Origin: Octopus vulgaris
Taxonomy: Eukaryota
Length of the DNA: 64,000 nt
Assembly: GCA_951406725.2 (NCBI GenBank)
Contig: OX597814.1
Location: 182,714,001-182,778,000, forward strand
Reading direction: 5' to 3'
Numbering within the stretch: the first letter of the stretch is position 1; the number at the start of each line of letters is the position of its first letter. Made by a program: the position numbers and the translations under genes. Below the pieces are notes generated by a model. It had not been told where the DNA came from. It did not search any database and saw only the letters and a list, made by a program, of their open reading frames with translations. Shown here in pieces: positions 40,101 to 53,500 of this stretch.

Positions 40101-43100
40101 TTGAAATATGCCAAGCATTAGAGAAAGAAACCTATTCTTGCAATATAAATATCTGAAGCAGAATTTTTTTTATTTACCCATATAGGTGCAGGCATGATTG
40201 TGTGGTAAGAAGCTTGCTTCTCAATTACATGGTTTCAGGTTCAGTCCCACTGTGTACAACCTTGAGCAAGTGTCTTCTACTATATGTTTCTTTACTACCC
40301 ACAAGGGGCTAAACACAGAGGAGACAAACAAGGACAAACAAATGAATTAAGTCGATTACATCGACCCCCAGTGCGTAACCGGTACTTAATTTATCGACCC
40401 CGAAAGGATGAAAGGCAAAGTCGACCTCGGGGGCATTTCGCCCGGCGTGCTAATGATTCTGCCAGCTCGCTGCCTTAATAGTGTCTTCTACTATAACCTC
40501 GGGCTGACCAAAGCTTTGTGAGTGGATTTGGTAGACGGAAACTAAAAGAAGCCCATTATGTGTGTGTGTGTCTTTGTGTCTGTGTTTGTCCCCCACCACT
40601 GCTTGACAACTAGTGTTGTGTTTACATTTCCATAACTTAGCAATTCAGCAAAAGAGACTGATAGCATAAGTACCAAGCTTAAAATAAGTACTGCTGTCAA
40701 TCCATTTGACTAAAAATTCTTCAAGGTGGTGCCCCAGCATGGCCACAATCTAATGATTGAAACAAGTAAAAGATAAAAGATTAGAGAAAGATACCTAGTT
40801 GTTTCTTGCAATAGATATGTCTGAGGGAAAATTTTTTCATATACCTGTAAAATACTGCCTTGGACCCCAATTTACTATCTTGATTGCATGGACCCTAAAA
40901 AAATGTTAATTCGGTTTAGAACCAATGCTCTAGAAATAGTGACCAAATCTCCTTCAAACTACATCACAGCTTGTTAAGATATGGGTGACATTTTACCGCC
41001 TGACTGGCCCCCGTGCCGGTGGTACGTAAAAAGCACCCACTACACTCTCGGAGTGGTTGGTGTTAGGAAGGGCATCCAGCTGTAGAAATTCTGTCAAATC
41101 AAGATTGGAGCCTGGTGCAGCCATCTGGTTCACCAGTCCTCAATCAAATCGTCCAACCCATGCTAGCATGGAAAGTGGACATTAAACAATGATGATGATG
41201 ATGATGATTTTAGATAATATAGTCTTATCTTTAAAAAAGAAATGGGATGGTCATGGATGGAATGTCTTTGATCGATAGGTTTGCTTGATCAGGACTGATG
41301 TGTGGCCAAACAACAACTATTCTAATTTTTTTACAGTTTCATTTTGCCATAAAAAATTCCTGTAGTCACATTATGCTATAACATTAGAGAGGCAAGTTTT
41401 GTCTAGCGAATGTTTCAAAAAAAGATGGGTAAATGAAAGAAGGATGGCACATATGAATGACGAAGCCACCTTGAACATAATCCTATGAACCCGGAAAAAT
41501 TTAAAACAGAGAGTTACTTACTTGCAAATAAATGTGTTAACATATGACATTATTGACTGAGGTTACTGTGGTCTTTTCCATAGGCTTTTCTTTCCATGGA
41601 TAAACCTTATCTGCTTCCCCCTTTACACTTTACATCATGACATTTTGAATCTTTTCGGTTTGAATGGCAGTTTTTTCTAGCGGTGTCATATGAAATTGTC
41701 ACCCATAATTATGACCCTGGTATCGATCTATTGCATTTCAATCTGTTTTAGGGTTAGGGTTAGTTAGGGTTAGGGGGGAAGGGTATCTTTTTTTCTTCAG
41801 AAATGTAAATAAACCCAATCTGTTTCTTAAACGAGGGACATATTCATACGGCACAATGTTTTCAGCTCAATAGACATCATTGATTGGTTGAAATTGCTGA
41901 AATTGAAGAAAAACAACAACAAATATCTTACAAACTATAGAATTTTCTCAATAAAGTCAAGAGAAAAAGATGTTTTATAAACACATTCTACCAGTATACG
42001 AAGTTTAAAAGTGGTTAGTTACCTAGAAATTATGTTAAAAAACTGCCATTCAAACCGAAAAGATCCGACATTTCTGTGATACACGATCCCTATTGATTGT
42101 TTTTTTTTTTGCTTTCCTTTTTATGATCCCCTTTGATCGAAAACCTACCCCACTTTTTTTTTTTCTCCCCAAAAAGAAAAGCTCTATTTTGTAATTTGTC
42201 CCGTGTGTGTTCAACCCTGTGTGGCTAATAAAGAAACTTAATATTCTAGAATCACTAAACTACAATGAAATTATATTTACTTTATTTCTAAACTACAAAA
42301 CTATTGCTTCTCTGCAGAATGGTAATGGTCAAGAGAGCATTCTTTGATTCTTTAGATGTGGTGTAGTCATGTATTACTGAGGTAGAGAGGATTTAAAAGA
42401 GAATTCTTTTTAGGCTATATTTTTGTTGAAACATTTTGGTAAATATAGAATTCTTAATGTTTACTGATATTTATCTGTAGTCGATGAAATAGTTTGCTGG
42501 CATCAACTGAGATAAATTACCGTTGTCTACTAATTCTTTGTTGCAGAAATTGGGAAATGTCTCTAATCAATTATTTGAACTACAGACTTGTTTGGAAGAA
42601 AAAAAACAAAAGATAGAGATTTTGGAAGGAGAGTTAAATAACCAAAAATCGGAATCTAAAGAAGGTAAAGTAAAGAATAAATAAATAAAAAAATAAACAA
42701 AAAGAAGCTAAACAATTTTATTTTTGTAATTTAGATTCAGTAAAATATATTTGTTTTGCTTTTTAACCATTTATTACAAGTTTATTACAGATACATTGAT
42801 AATAACAAATTTAAATCATGATATAATCAGAACTAATAAAATATGTTTCATTCACATAAATACATAGTTATTTTTAAAAGTTTTCTTGCAAGTTTTTCTG
42901 TGTAATTCTTCTAACTGATAATATGTATTTCTGTATAATTCTGGAGTCTGTGCATGACAACATTTCATTAGAAGTGTTTGTTTTTTAAAGAATTATTGAA
43001 ATATAAACAGATGTACAATTTCCTTAAGCAAGACAGTATGATCATGATGATAATGATTGTTTTAACATCTATTTTTCCCATGTTTGCATGTGTCAGATGG

Positions 43101-46100
43101 AAATAGTTGACAAGGCAGATTTTCTATGATGGAAATTGTTGATAAGGTAGATTTTCTATGACGGGATGCCCTTCCTGTCACAAACCCTCATCTTATTACT
43201 TTTCTTGTTTCCAAGGTAATGATTAATATTGCTTTGGACCTCCAATTTGCTAAAAAAAAAATCTTATTTGGACCCTGGTTGAGAACCTTTGCTCAAATTA
43301 CATGAATAATAATTCTCTGTGGCTGCACACGTTTTCACAGAAGATTAGAAATGAATGACTCTGTTTGCATAAAGTCAAGACAAGGAGACAAACAATCTTA
43401 CAGGGACATACATAGACACACATACATAAATGTTTGCCAGCGCCGCCTCGACTGGCTTCTGTGCCGGTGGCACATAAAAAGCACCATCCGAACGTGGCCG
43501 ATGCCAGCACCGCCTCGACTGGCTTCTATGCCGGTGGCACATAAAAAGCACCATCCGAACGTGGCCGATGCCAGCACCGCCTCGACTGGCTTCTATGCCG
43601 GTGGCACATAAAAAGCACCATCCGAACTTGGCCGATGCCAGCACCGCCTCGACTGGCTTCTGTGCCGGTGGCACATAAAATGCACCATCCGAATGTGGTC
43701 GTTGCCAGCGCCGCCTTGGCTGGCTCCCGTGCCGGTGGCACATTAAAAGCTCCATCTGATCGTGGCCGATGCCAGACTCCCCTGGCACCTGTGCAGGTGG
43801 CACGTAAAAAGCGCCCACTACACTCGCGGAGTGGTTGGCATTAGGAAGGGCATCCAGCTGTAGAAACACTGCCAGATCAGACTGAAGCCTGGTGCAGCCC
43901 GTGGCTTCCCAGACCCCGGTCGAACTGTCCAACCCGTGCTACCACGGAAAACGGACGCTAAACGATGATGATGATGATACACACACGCACACACACACAC
44001 ACAAACACGCCCCGCCTCCAACTTTTGGTTCATGCAATTGAAAAATTCACATTATTTATGGGATGACCCAATATACACTTTATTTTCCCTACCTTATCTG
44101 CAATGGTTACTAAGCTAATTAGCTGTCCCACTGAAGCTCATCTGATGCATTCCTGTCACTTCTACTCTTTCTCACCTTGAATTTTGTTGTAAATAGTTTA
44201 ACCATCCCCCCCCCACCCCCCCGAACAAACTCTTGTCTATCTTTTCTCTACTTGCTAGCATCAATCTGCAAAAGTTAAATTTAATATAAATTGCAATTAC
44301 TTCTCTAGTCTGGGAAGTTTTGCCGAAGTTCCTCTTCTCTGGACCAAATATCATCATCATCATCATCGTTTAACATCCGCTTTCCATGCTGGCATGGGTT
44401 GGACGGTTCAACTGAGGTCTGGGAAGCCAGAAGGCTGCACCAAGCCCAGTCTGATCTGGTAGTGTTTCTACAGCTGGATGCCCTTCCTAACGCCAACCAC
44501 TCCGTGAGTGTAGTGGGTGCTTTTTATGTGCCAGACGAGGCTGGCAAACGGCCATGATCGGATGGTGCTTTTCACGTGCCACCGGCACGGGGACCAGACG
44601 AAGCTGGCAACGACCACGGTCGGATAGTGCTTTTTACGTGCCACCGGCATGGATGCCAGTCAGGCGGCGCTGGCTATGGACACGTTCGGATGGTTCTCTT
44701 ACGTGCCACCGGCACTGGTATCACAGCTACAAATTCCATTGATGTTGACAGATTACGATTTTGATTTTCACTTGCCTCAACAAGTCTTCACAAGTGGAGT
44801 TTTGTGTCCCAAGAAGGAAAGGAATGCATAAGTGGGCTGACTACATCCCAGGTATAGGCCACGGGATTATAGCCTCACCTGTCCTGCTGGGTCTTCTCAT
44901 GCACAGCATACTTCCAAAGGTCTCAGTCTCTAGTCATTTCCTCGGCGAGACCTAAAGTTCGAAGGTCGTGCTTCACCACCTCGTCCCAGGTTTTCCTGGG
45001 TCTACCTCTTCCACAGGTTCCCTCAACCGCTAGGGTGTGGCACTTTTTCACACAACTATCTTCAGCCATTCTCGCCACATGACCATACCAGCGCAAACGT
45101 CTCTCTTGCACACCACAACTGATGCTTCTTAGGTCCAACTTTTCTCTTAAAGTACTTACACTCTGTCGAGTATGAACACTGACATTACACATCCATTGGA
45201 GCATACTGGCTTCATTTCTTGCAAGCTTACGCATATCCTCAGCAGTCATGGCCCATGTTTCACTGCCATGTAGCATAGCTGTTCATACACATGAGTCATA
45301 CAATCTGCCTTTTACTCTGAGCGAGAGGCCTTTTGTCACCAGCAGGGGTAAGAGCTCTCTGAACTTTGCCCAGGCTATTCTTACTCTAGCAGTTACACTT
45401 TCAGCACACCCACCCCCGCTACTGACTTGGTCACCTAGGTAGCGGAAGCTATCAACTATTTCTAGTTTTTCTCCCTGGAATGTGGTGGAAGATGGTCTCT
45501 GCGTATTTTCAGTGTTTATTGCTACCGAGCATCTGCCACATAAAAAAACTATCTTCCTAGTTAGCCTTCCTTTGACATTGCTGCACCTCTTATGTGTCTA
45601 TAGCTTACACTTGGTGCATCTTATAGAGTTTCTACCTACGCCTTTTCTACAGATCAAGCAGGGCCATCTACCTGAGGGTGTTTGTGATTTGTGTACCTTC
45701 CTACTTATTAGAATTTTGGTTTTAGCTAGGTTGACTCTAAGGCCCTTCGATTCTAATCCTTGCTTCCACACCTGAAACCTCTACTCCAGTTCTGATAGTG
45801 ACTCAGCAATTAGGGCAAGGTCAAAAAATGTAAATGTAGTAAATTAAATTTTTAGATTTATATTTTTATTAATACCAAACCTAAATAGTTATACTAGGAT
45901 AACCTTGGAATGTATGTCTAAATTAGCCGCATTTTATCACAGAATTATAATTAAGAATTGATTGCTTTCTTTTGCTGAGGTGGTTTATATTTTAGATCAA
46001 TATTTAATTCAGGAATCTCGTTTCCTATCATTTTAATTTAATTGTATGTTATTATTTTAATTCTCTAGTACAGTAGCTTCTTTTTATTAGAAGTTATTTA

Positions 46101-47482
46101 ATGATGCATAGATGAAGGATCACAAAATTTATTAAAACTGGATTTTCCAATTGTAAATTACATTACAATTAAACTAAACAGTCATTCAGTCTCTCAACAG
46201 CTGAATTTAATGATATAAAAATGCAGAAAATGATAACTGTTCTTTTGAAACTCAATTAGCATAAATGTTATGTAACCGAATCTGAATTTGTAATATTCCA
46301 TGCAATTGTCTATAAACGGCATAGAATTAAACTACTTTAAATTTTAAAGTTTATTGGTACAAAATGTATTTTTCTTTTTCACACACACTTCTTGAGTCCT
46401 ATTACAGTTTGAAATTAATATTCAGCAATTCTTTTACAATCTGTCAGCTTTGCGAAACCAAGAAAGGGTTCATGATGAAATATTGGTAAAGCAGGTCTCT
46501 GAAATGGATGAGAAATTGAATGAAGCTCGAAGAGAACATATGAAAGCAGGTGAAAATTATTAGTTTTTTTCCTTCATAATCATTGTTGCTTTGTTTGAGA
46601 ACTTATTTTCATTGGTAAAGATTTTCAAAGTACGATAGGTAAAGATGGTAGAGAATTATAGTAAGTTACCTTGTGGCATCTAGTTCTGTGACTCACTGTT
46701 CTGAGTTTATTACCTCCGCCACGGAAGGAGGTTATGTTTTCATTGGCGTTGGTTTGTCTGTCTGTTCGTCTGTGTGCAAAATAACTCAAAAAGTTGTGAA
46801 CGATATTTGATGTAACTTGCAGGAAAAGTTGGTAATGACACAAGGAACAGATGATGAAATTTTGGTAGTGATCCGTGAATTTTTATGGATTCTTGAAGGA
46901 TTTTTCATTTGTTATATTTACTTTACATGAAGTATTACAATGTTACATTCTTTGATTGTTTCCCTTGAAAACACATTCATCATTTCTACGTAACCTATGG
47001 TGGCGTTGCTGTTTCCAAAATTTATTTTCGTTTCTCTATTAGTAATTTTACTTGCGTATCTATCTTAAAATGAACTTGGCAGAGGTCTGCACTCTCCGAG
47101 TGCTTTTCTAGTTTCATTTTATGATCAACTTTATTTTTGATTCATAAGATGGTGAACAAGTCAATGAATCAAGTTTCTTTAACCCTTTAGAGTTTAAATT
47201 ACTCTGTCAAATGTAAAGCTAAGCTTATTTATTCATATTGTTTTGAATTAGTCATGTATTATCTCAAAGCTATGAGATTTCAATAATGTGATTGTCTATA
47301 TTTAGGAAGACATTGTAGGGTATGCATGAGAGGCTAGACCTGGCTAGTTTGAACTTAAAACAGGAGGCATGTTTGGGTTGGATATAGCTGAATTAAATGC
47401 TAAAGGGTTAATATATTGTGGATTATGGTTGATTAGATTGTTATGCTTGCTATGCCCATCTATTACTTTGTATTACAGGTTC

Positions 47483-47521
<39 letters not shown>

Positions 47522-50500
47522 ACCTCTTTATCAAGAGAAGGAAGTTCATTTTGTCAATTTATTTGATTTTATATTATTATTGTTTTATATTACTATGTAT
47601 ATCTGGGTTTTAGGAAAGATACACTGTATCTTTTCGTGTCTTAAGAAGCAGCTAAAAGGGCTGTCATTAGGAGCAGCCTCTGACTATAAAACACTGCTTC
47701 AGAATGAAACTATACCAACATCAAGTTTAAAAAAATCATTCTAAGCTGAGACCTCATACCATATGCTTCTTACTAAATCAGACTTACAACCACATAAACA
47801 CATTATGATACGACTATTTTGCCTCAACCGGCTCTATATTATTTAATCTTATGTTAAAAGGAATCAAGAAAAAAAAGACCCTAACCTTCAAGCAGTACCT
47901 AGACAAATTCCTCCAGATAATACCAGACAAATTGCTTATATCTGGATATGTTTGTCCAACAGTAACTACTTACTTGAGTGGGCTATGGTGACACATAATA
48001 TGACCTAGTTATGATTTTTTTCTTGTGGTGCTACTAAGTTCAAAACATATCTAGGCTTATCTAAGTTTTATATGTACATACAAATATACATACACAGACA
48101 TGCAGGAAGTAAATAGACTGCGTGGCACCTTGGGCAAGTGTCTTCTACTTTAGCCTCAGGCCGACCAAAGCCTTGTGAGTGGATTTGGTAGACAGAAACT
48201 GAAAGAAGCCCGTCGTATCTAAGCCTCAGATTGCACAACAATACGACCTCTTTGAAAATCTGACAGGTTCTGCTGAATTTTTTGTGTGTGACATGGTTTC
48301 TATGTGCAAATGTTTAATATAATGGCACCTGGAATGAAAAAGAATAATTACATTGTAAATTCTACACTGCTGAAAACATATTAAGATGTTTAGATCAGAA
48401 ATTTTGAAAATTAAAGGTGTCTATTTACTTCCTGCATGTCTGTGTACATATACATCCATCATCATCATCATCATTTAACATCTGTTGCCCATGCTGGCAT
48501 GGGTTGGACGGTTTGACCAGAGCTGACAAGCTGGGGATCTGCACCAGACTCCAGTCTGATTTGGTATGCTTTCTACAGCTGAATGTTTTTTTACGTGGTA
48601 CCTGTACAAGCAAGGGCAGTTTTGGATGCCCTGCCAAATGCTAACCACTTTACAGCGTGGACTGGATGCTTTTTATGTGGCACCAGCACAGGCAGGGTCA
48701 CCAAATGACTTGCAAGACAAGGAATTTTTGAGAGGGGAGGGGGCATAGGAAGAGCCACTACTGCTGCGACCAATGCTGCCACCACCACTGCTGCTACTGC
48801 TTTTTGTCTTTATTTTTTTTCCTGTTACTGATGGGTTAGAACTTCACTCAGATTTCATGTCAAAAGATATCTCTTCTCACCTGTGGATAGAATGCCCTTC
48901 AAGCAATGGTTTGAAGATTTAAAAAACAAAAGGAAAAAAAGCATGCTTCATTATACCCAATTCCCTAAGGCTTTTAATTTGTACTTCTTATGACATATAT
49001 TTAAGAGTTATATGCCAAGAGATTCTAGTCTTGCAGGCTTGTGTATGCTGATGTCCCATAAAAGTACCCACGGTGGTGCCATATAAAAGAGCCCATACCA
49101 ATGCCATTTAAAAACACCCAGTACACTCTGTAAATAGCATCCAATCATAGAAACCATACCAAAACAGACAAATCAAGCCTGAGCTGTCTTCGATTTGGTC
49201 AGCTCCTGCCAAACCTCCCAATCCATGCCAGCATGGAGAGCAGATATTAAAAGATGATGATGATGTGGTCAGAACCAATAAATGTTGTATATGTGTTCTT
49301 GCTGACACAGCTTGATACAGAAACAAAATATGGATTGTAGAGCTTTTATCCAGCTGTGAGTTTCTTTGTCAGTCAGATTAAAAGACCTGCAAAGTCTTTC
49401 AAAACACTGTGTCTTTCTCTGTTGAAAAATAAAATTGTTTTGAAATCCATAGCCTTGTTTATGATTCAAAGAATGACATTTCTTATTCATTGCATTTTTA
49501 CAGTAATCTCACTGCAGCAGAAAGACAGACAGCTTGACAGAGAAAAGGGGCAGTTAGGGCAGCAAATGGAAAAACTCGAGGCTCATCTCAAGTATCAAGT
49601 TACAGAATTAGAAAAAGAACTGCAAACAGTGAAGTCAGAAAGAAATCTAATTATGGTGAGACTTGTTCAATCTACCTAAATTAACCCTTTCAATACCAAC
49701 CCATCAAAGACTGATTCTGGTTCTATGACACAAACTTCATGTTTTAAAGTGATTTGAACTAAAACCATACATCAAAATTTCATGTTAATTTATATTCCAA
49801 ATACTAGCTTAATAAAGACATGGCTATTTTGCTAAATTCTTTATTATTTTCAACATTAATTGAAATAAAAACTGTTTCAAAAACAATATGGTAACAATGG
49901 GTTACATAGAAAGTAATACTCCCTTTTTACTCTTTTACTTGTTTCAGTCATGTGACTGTGGCCATGCTGGAGCACTGCCTTTAGTCGAGCAAATCAACCC
50001 CGGGACTTATTCATTGTATGCCTAGTACTTATTCTATCACTCTCTTTTGCCGAACAGCTAAGTTATGGAGACGTAAACACACCAGCATCAGTTGTCAAGC
50101 GATGTTGGGACGACAAACACAGACACACATACACACATATGTATACATATTTACGACGGGCTTCTTTCAGTTTCCGTCTACCAAATCCACTCACAAGGCT
50201 TTGGTCAGCCCGAAGCTATAATAGAAGACATTTGCCCAAGGTGCCACACAGTGGGACTGAACCCAGAACCATGTAGTTGGCAAGCAAGCTACTTACCACA
50301 CAGCCACTCCTCCCCCTATGATTGATTTTTCTTTTAATACTTCAGTTTATCTTATTATTATGTTATAAAGCTGAAGTAAAATTATTAATAAATATCACTG
50401 AATCAAGGTGTTTATGGCTAGTTGATCTGTGTGTTGGTAGCTGGTCTTTATTTGATGAAATAGGACAAGGAATGGAAGATTGCCTTGCTGTATTTATTCA

Positions 50501-53500
50501 TGTATCTTTATGTTCTGAACAGAAATCTTGCCAGGTCAACTTTGCCTTTCATTCTACTGTTGTTGATTGAGTAGGTACTTATCCAGTACTTCATTAAAAA
50601 AACGTTAGTCTGCCTTGAACCTGTAGGCTAATCAGAGTAGAGCTTATTGTAGTCTACATGATGTTTGAGCCACTGAAAGTACAAGACTCTCCCTGAATGG
50701 GATGTCAGTAAGGTTATCCCCTCTCCAGCTGCTACTGCTGTTGGTACTCACTTTTAGCTAGTGGATTGAGGGAATATAAAATGAAGTGCTTTATTCAAAG
50801 ATACAATGCACTGTTTAGTTTGAGAATCAAACCCATGATCTGCCAATCATGAGCTCAGCAAACCCAACTACTTGGCCACATGTGTTCAAGTGCTGGAACT
50901 GATTAAATCAACAGTCTCCCCATGTCTCTTAAATGTAAGGCATTGTGTTAATGTTAAAAATTCTTATTTGGTCTAAGGAGAAAATTCAGTGATTATAGAT
51001 TTTCTAGGTTCTCATAGATCAAGATTTAGTGTTGCTGGTTAGTACTTAGAGCATGGGTTGCAGTTGTGGTTGAGAATAATTTGAAAATATGCTTAATGTG
51101 AGGTTGGGAGAGCAGACATATTGGGGAGGTGATAGGTAGAAAGAAAGTTAGGGGCACTGAGTGAGTTAAAATCAATTGGTTTTTAAGACAAAGTGTTTCT
51201 GATTTATTAAACATGTTCGTGATTGTTACCAGCGTTACCTTACTGGCACTTGTGCCGGGGGCACGTGAAAAAACATTCGAGCGAGGTCATTGCTAGTACC
51301 GCTGGACTGGTACCTGTGCAGGTGGCATGTAAAAAACACCATTTGAGTCTGGTCGTTGCCAGTACGGCCTGACTGGCCCTTGTGCTGGTGGCATGTAAAA
51401 GCACCCACTACACTCTCGGAGTGGTTGGCATTAGGAAGGGCATCCAGCTGTAGAAACTCTGGCAGATTAGATTGGAGCCTGGTACAGCCATCTGGTTTGC
51501 CAGTCCTCAGTCAAATCGTCCAACCCATGCCAGCATGGAAAGCGGACATTAAACTATGATGATGATAATGTTCCCTTAACACTTGCAGTAAATTTTGAGT
51601 GGTTGAGTTAATGAACTGCTTACCATTAGGCATATATTTAATAAACTCTAGTAGACATTTTTTGTGGCCGTCACCTCAGTCAAATGGAGATGGAATGGAA
51701 AGGTTAAAAATGGTTGTAAAAACTAACAAAAGATATAAAAAGTAAAGGAAGATTTTTCAGTTTGAAATATAGTTACTCTTAATATAGATATTTATGCATT
51801 GGTTATTTGATGTATATTAAATGTAGACATTATATAAAATGTTAAATAACAATTTAAATTCTTGTCATTTAAAAGTAATTTCTTTTTTTAGCACTAAAAT
51901 GAAATAACATTCTATTTTAGCATGAATGGTAATCAATTTGTTTATTCTCTAGGCTACACTTAGACAAGAAGGTCTTATTGGTAAAATAAGACTTGACAGA
52001 AAACAACCCGTGGACAATAACAATACGTCTGATAGAAATCAAGCTGAATCTGAGAGCAATAGAGAAGTAATTGATAGCTGTCAAGTTCAAACAAAGAATA
52101 CTTTGCCTGAAAGTTCACACAGAAAAGGTAAATGGTAGCTTGACTTTCCTTTAGGAGTTCTGATTTTTAAATCAATATATTGTTTCTAAATGTAAAAATT
52201 CTATATTAGATGTGTAATTTTACTTTTGGATATGTAATCAAAAAAAAAAAAAAAATCTGTCTGTGTTTTTTTTAAATACTGAATTTACTAGTAAATATAT
52301 TGACACTGCAAAGCTTGTTCAATATTTGTAGAAGCTAAGGGGGTGAGCTTAGCACACTGAGCAAAATGTTTAGCAGTATTTCATTCATCTTTTTGTTCTG
52401 GGTTCAAATTCTGCTGGGGTTGACCTTGCATTTCATCCTTTCAGGGTTGATAAAATAAGTGCCAGTTGAGCACTGGGGTCAATCTAATTGACCTATTCAT
52501 CATCATCATACGTCCGCTTTCCATGCCAGCATAGGTTGGACGGTTCGACCAGGGTTTGGGAACTAGGAGGCTGCACCAAGCTCCAGTCTGATCTGGCAGT
52601 GTTTCTACAGCTGGATGCTCTTCCTAATGCCAACCACTCCATGAGTGTAGTGGGTGCTTTTTACATGCCAGGGGAGGCTGGCAGTGGCCATGATTGGTTG
52701 GTGCTTTTTACGTGCCACCAGCACAGAAGCCAGTCAAGGCGGAGCTGGCATTGGCCACGTTCGGATGGTGCTTTTTATGTGCCACCGGCACAGGTATCAC
52801 AACTTCAATTTCCATTTGATATTTATTTTGATGTTGATGTACTTGACTTAATAGGTCTCCTCAAGCACAGCAGGTTACCCTCCGATCCAAGGTAAGCACA
52901 ACAGGTCATTCTGCATTCCAAGGTACTTTGGATGGGCTGGGGCTATGTGAAACTGGTGCAGGAAACAGCCATGAACTTACATTATTTGTCAGGTCTTTGC
53001 AGTCGCTGGTCTTGTGCCAGAACTTGAAGGCAATATTTGTAGAAGCTTTTCAGAGTTATGATCAAATGTTTAATAACAAAATTCCAATTCACAAAATATA
53101 TCCTGATTCTGTTGTGTGATTCATCGCACTCTGTAATATAATGTTTGGCTTAGGCTAGTGAAATAAGGCAACTGAAGAATTGTGTTCTGTTTATGTCCTT
53201 AAACTATGTTGGTAATTGCAGCTAAGGCATTCATAGTAAGTATACTTGGTATGAGTTAGTTTTAATTGCTTGGTATTTGTTAAAAGAGGTTGGCAGTCCA
53301 TCACAGAATTGCCAAGAGAGGAAGTTGATACTGAAGTCAATATTAAGTGAATGTGTTCATTTGGATTTGCTGGGCAGAAGTAATTTTAAGATAGCTTAGT
53401 TGCTATGTTCAAGTTCATTGATAATGTTTGATAATGTCTATACATATTGTGTGGAGTGAATGTAATATTGCATGCTGTGTGTGTGTATAAAGAGGAGCAA

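Noticed and set aside
43436-43815. Repeat-spacer-like pattern in RTE tails
   Set aside because: The intervening segments are homologous to each other and the array is part of a retroposon 3' region.
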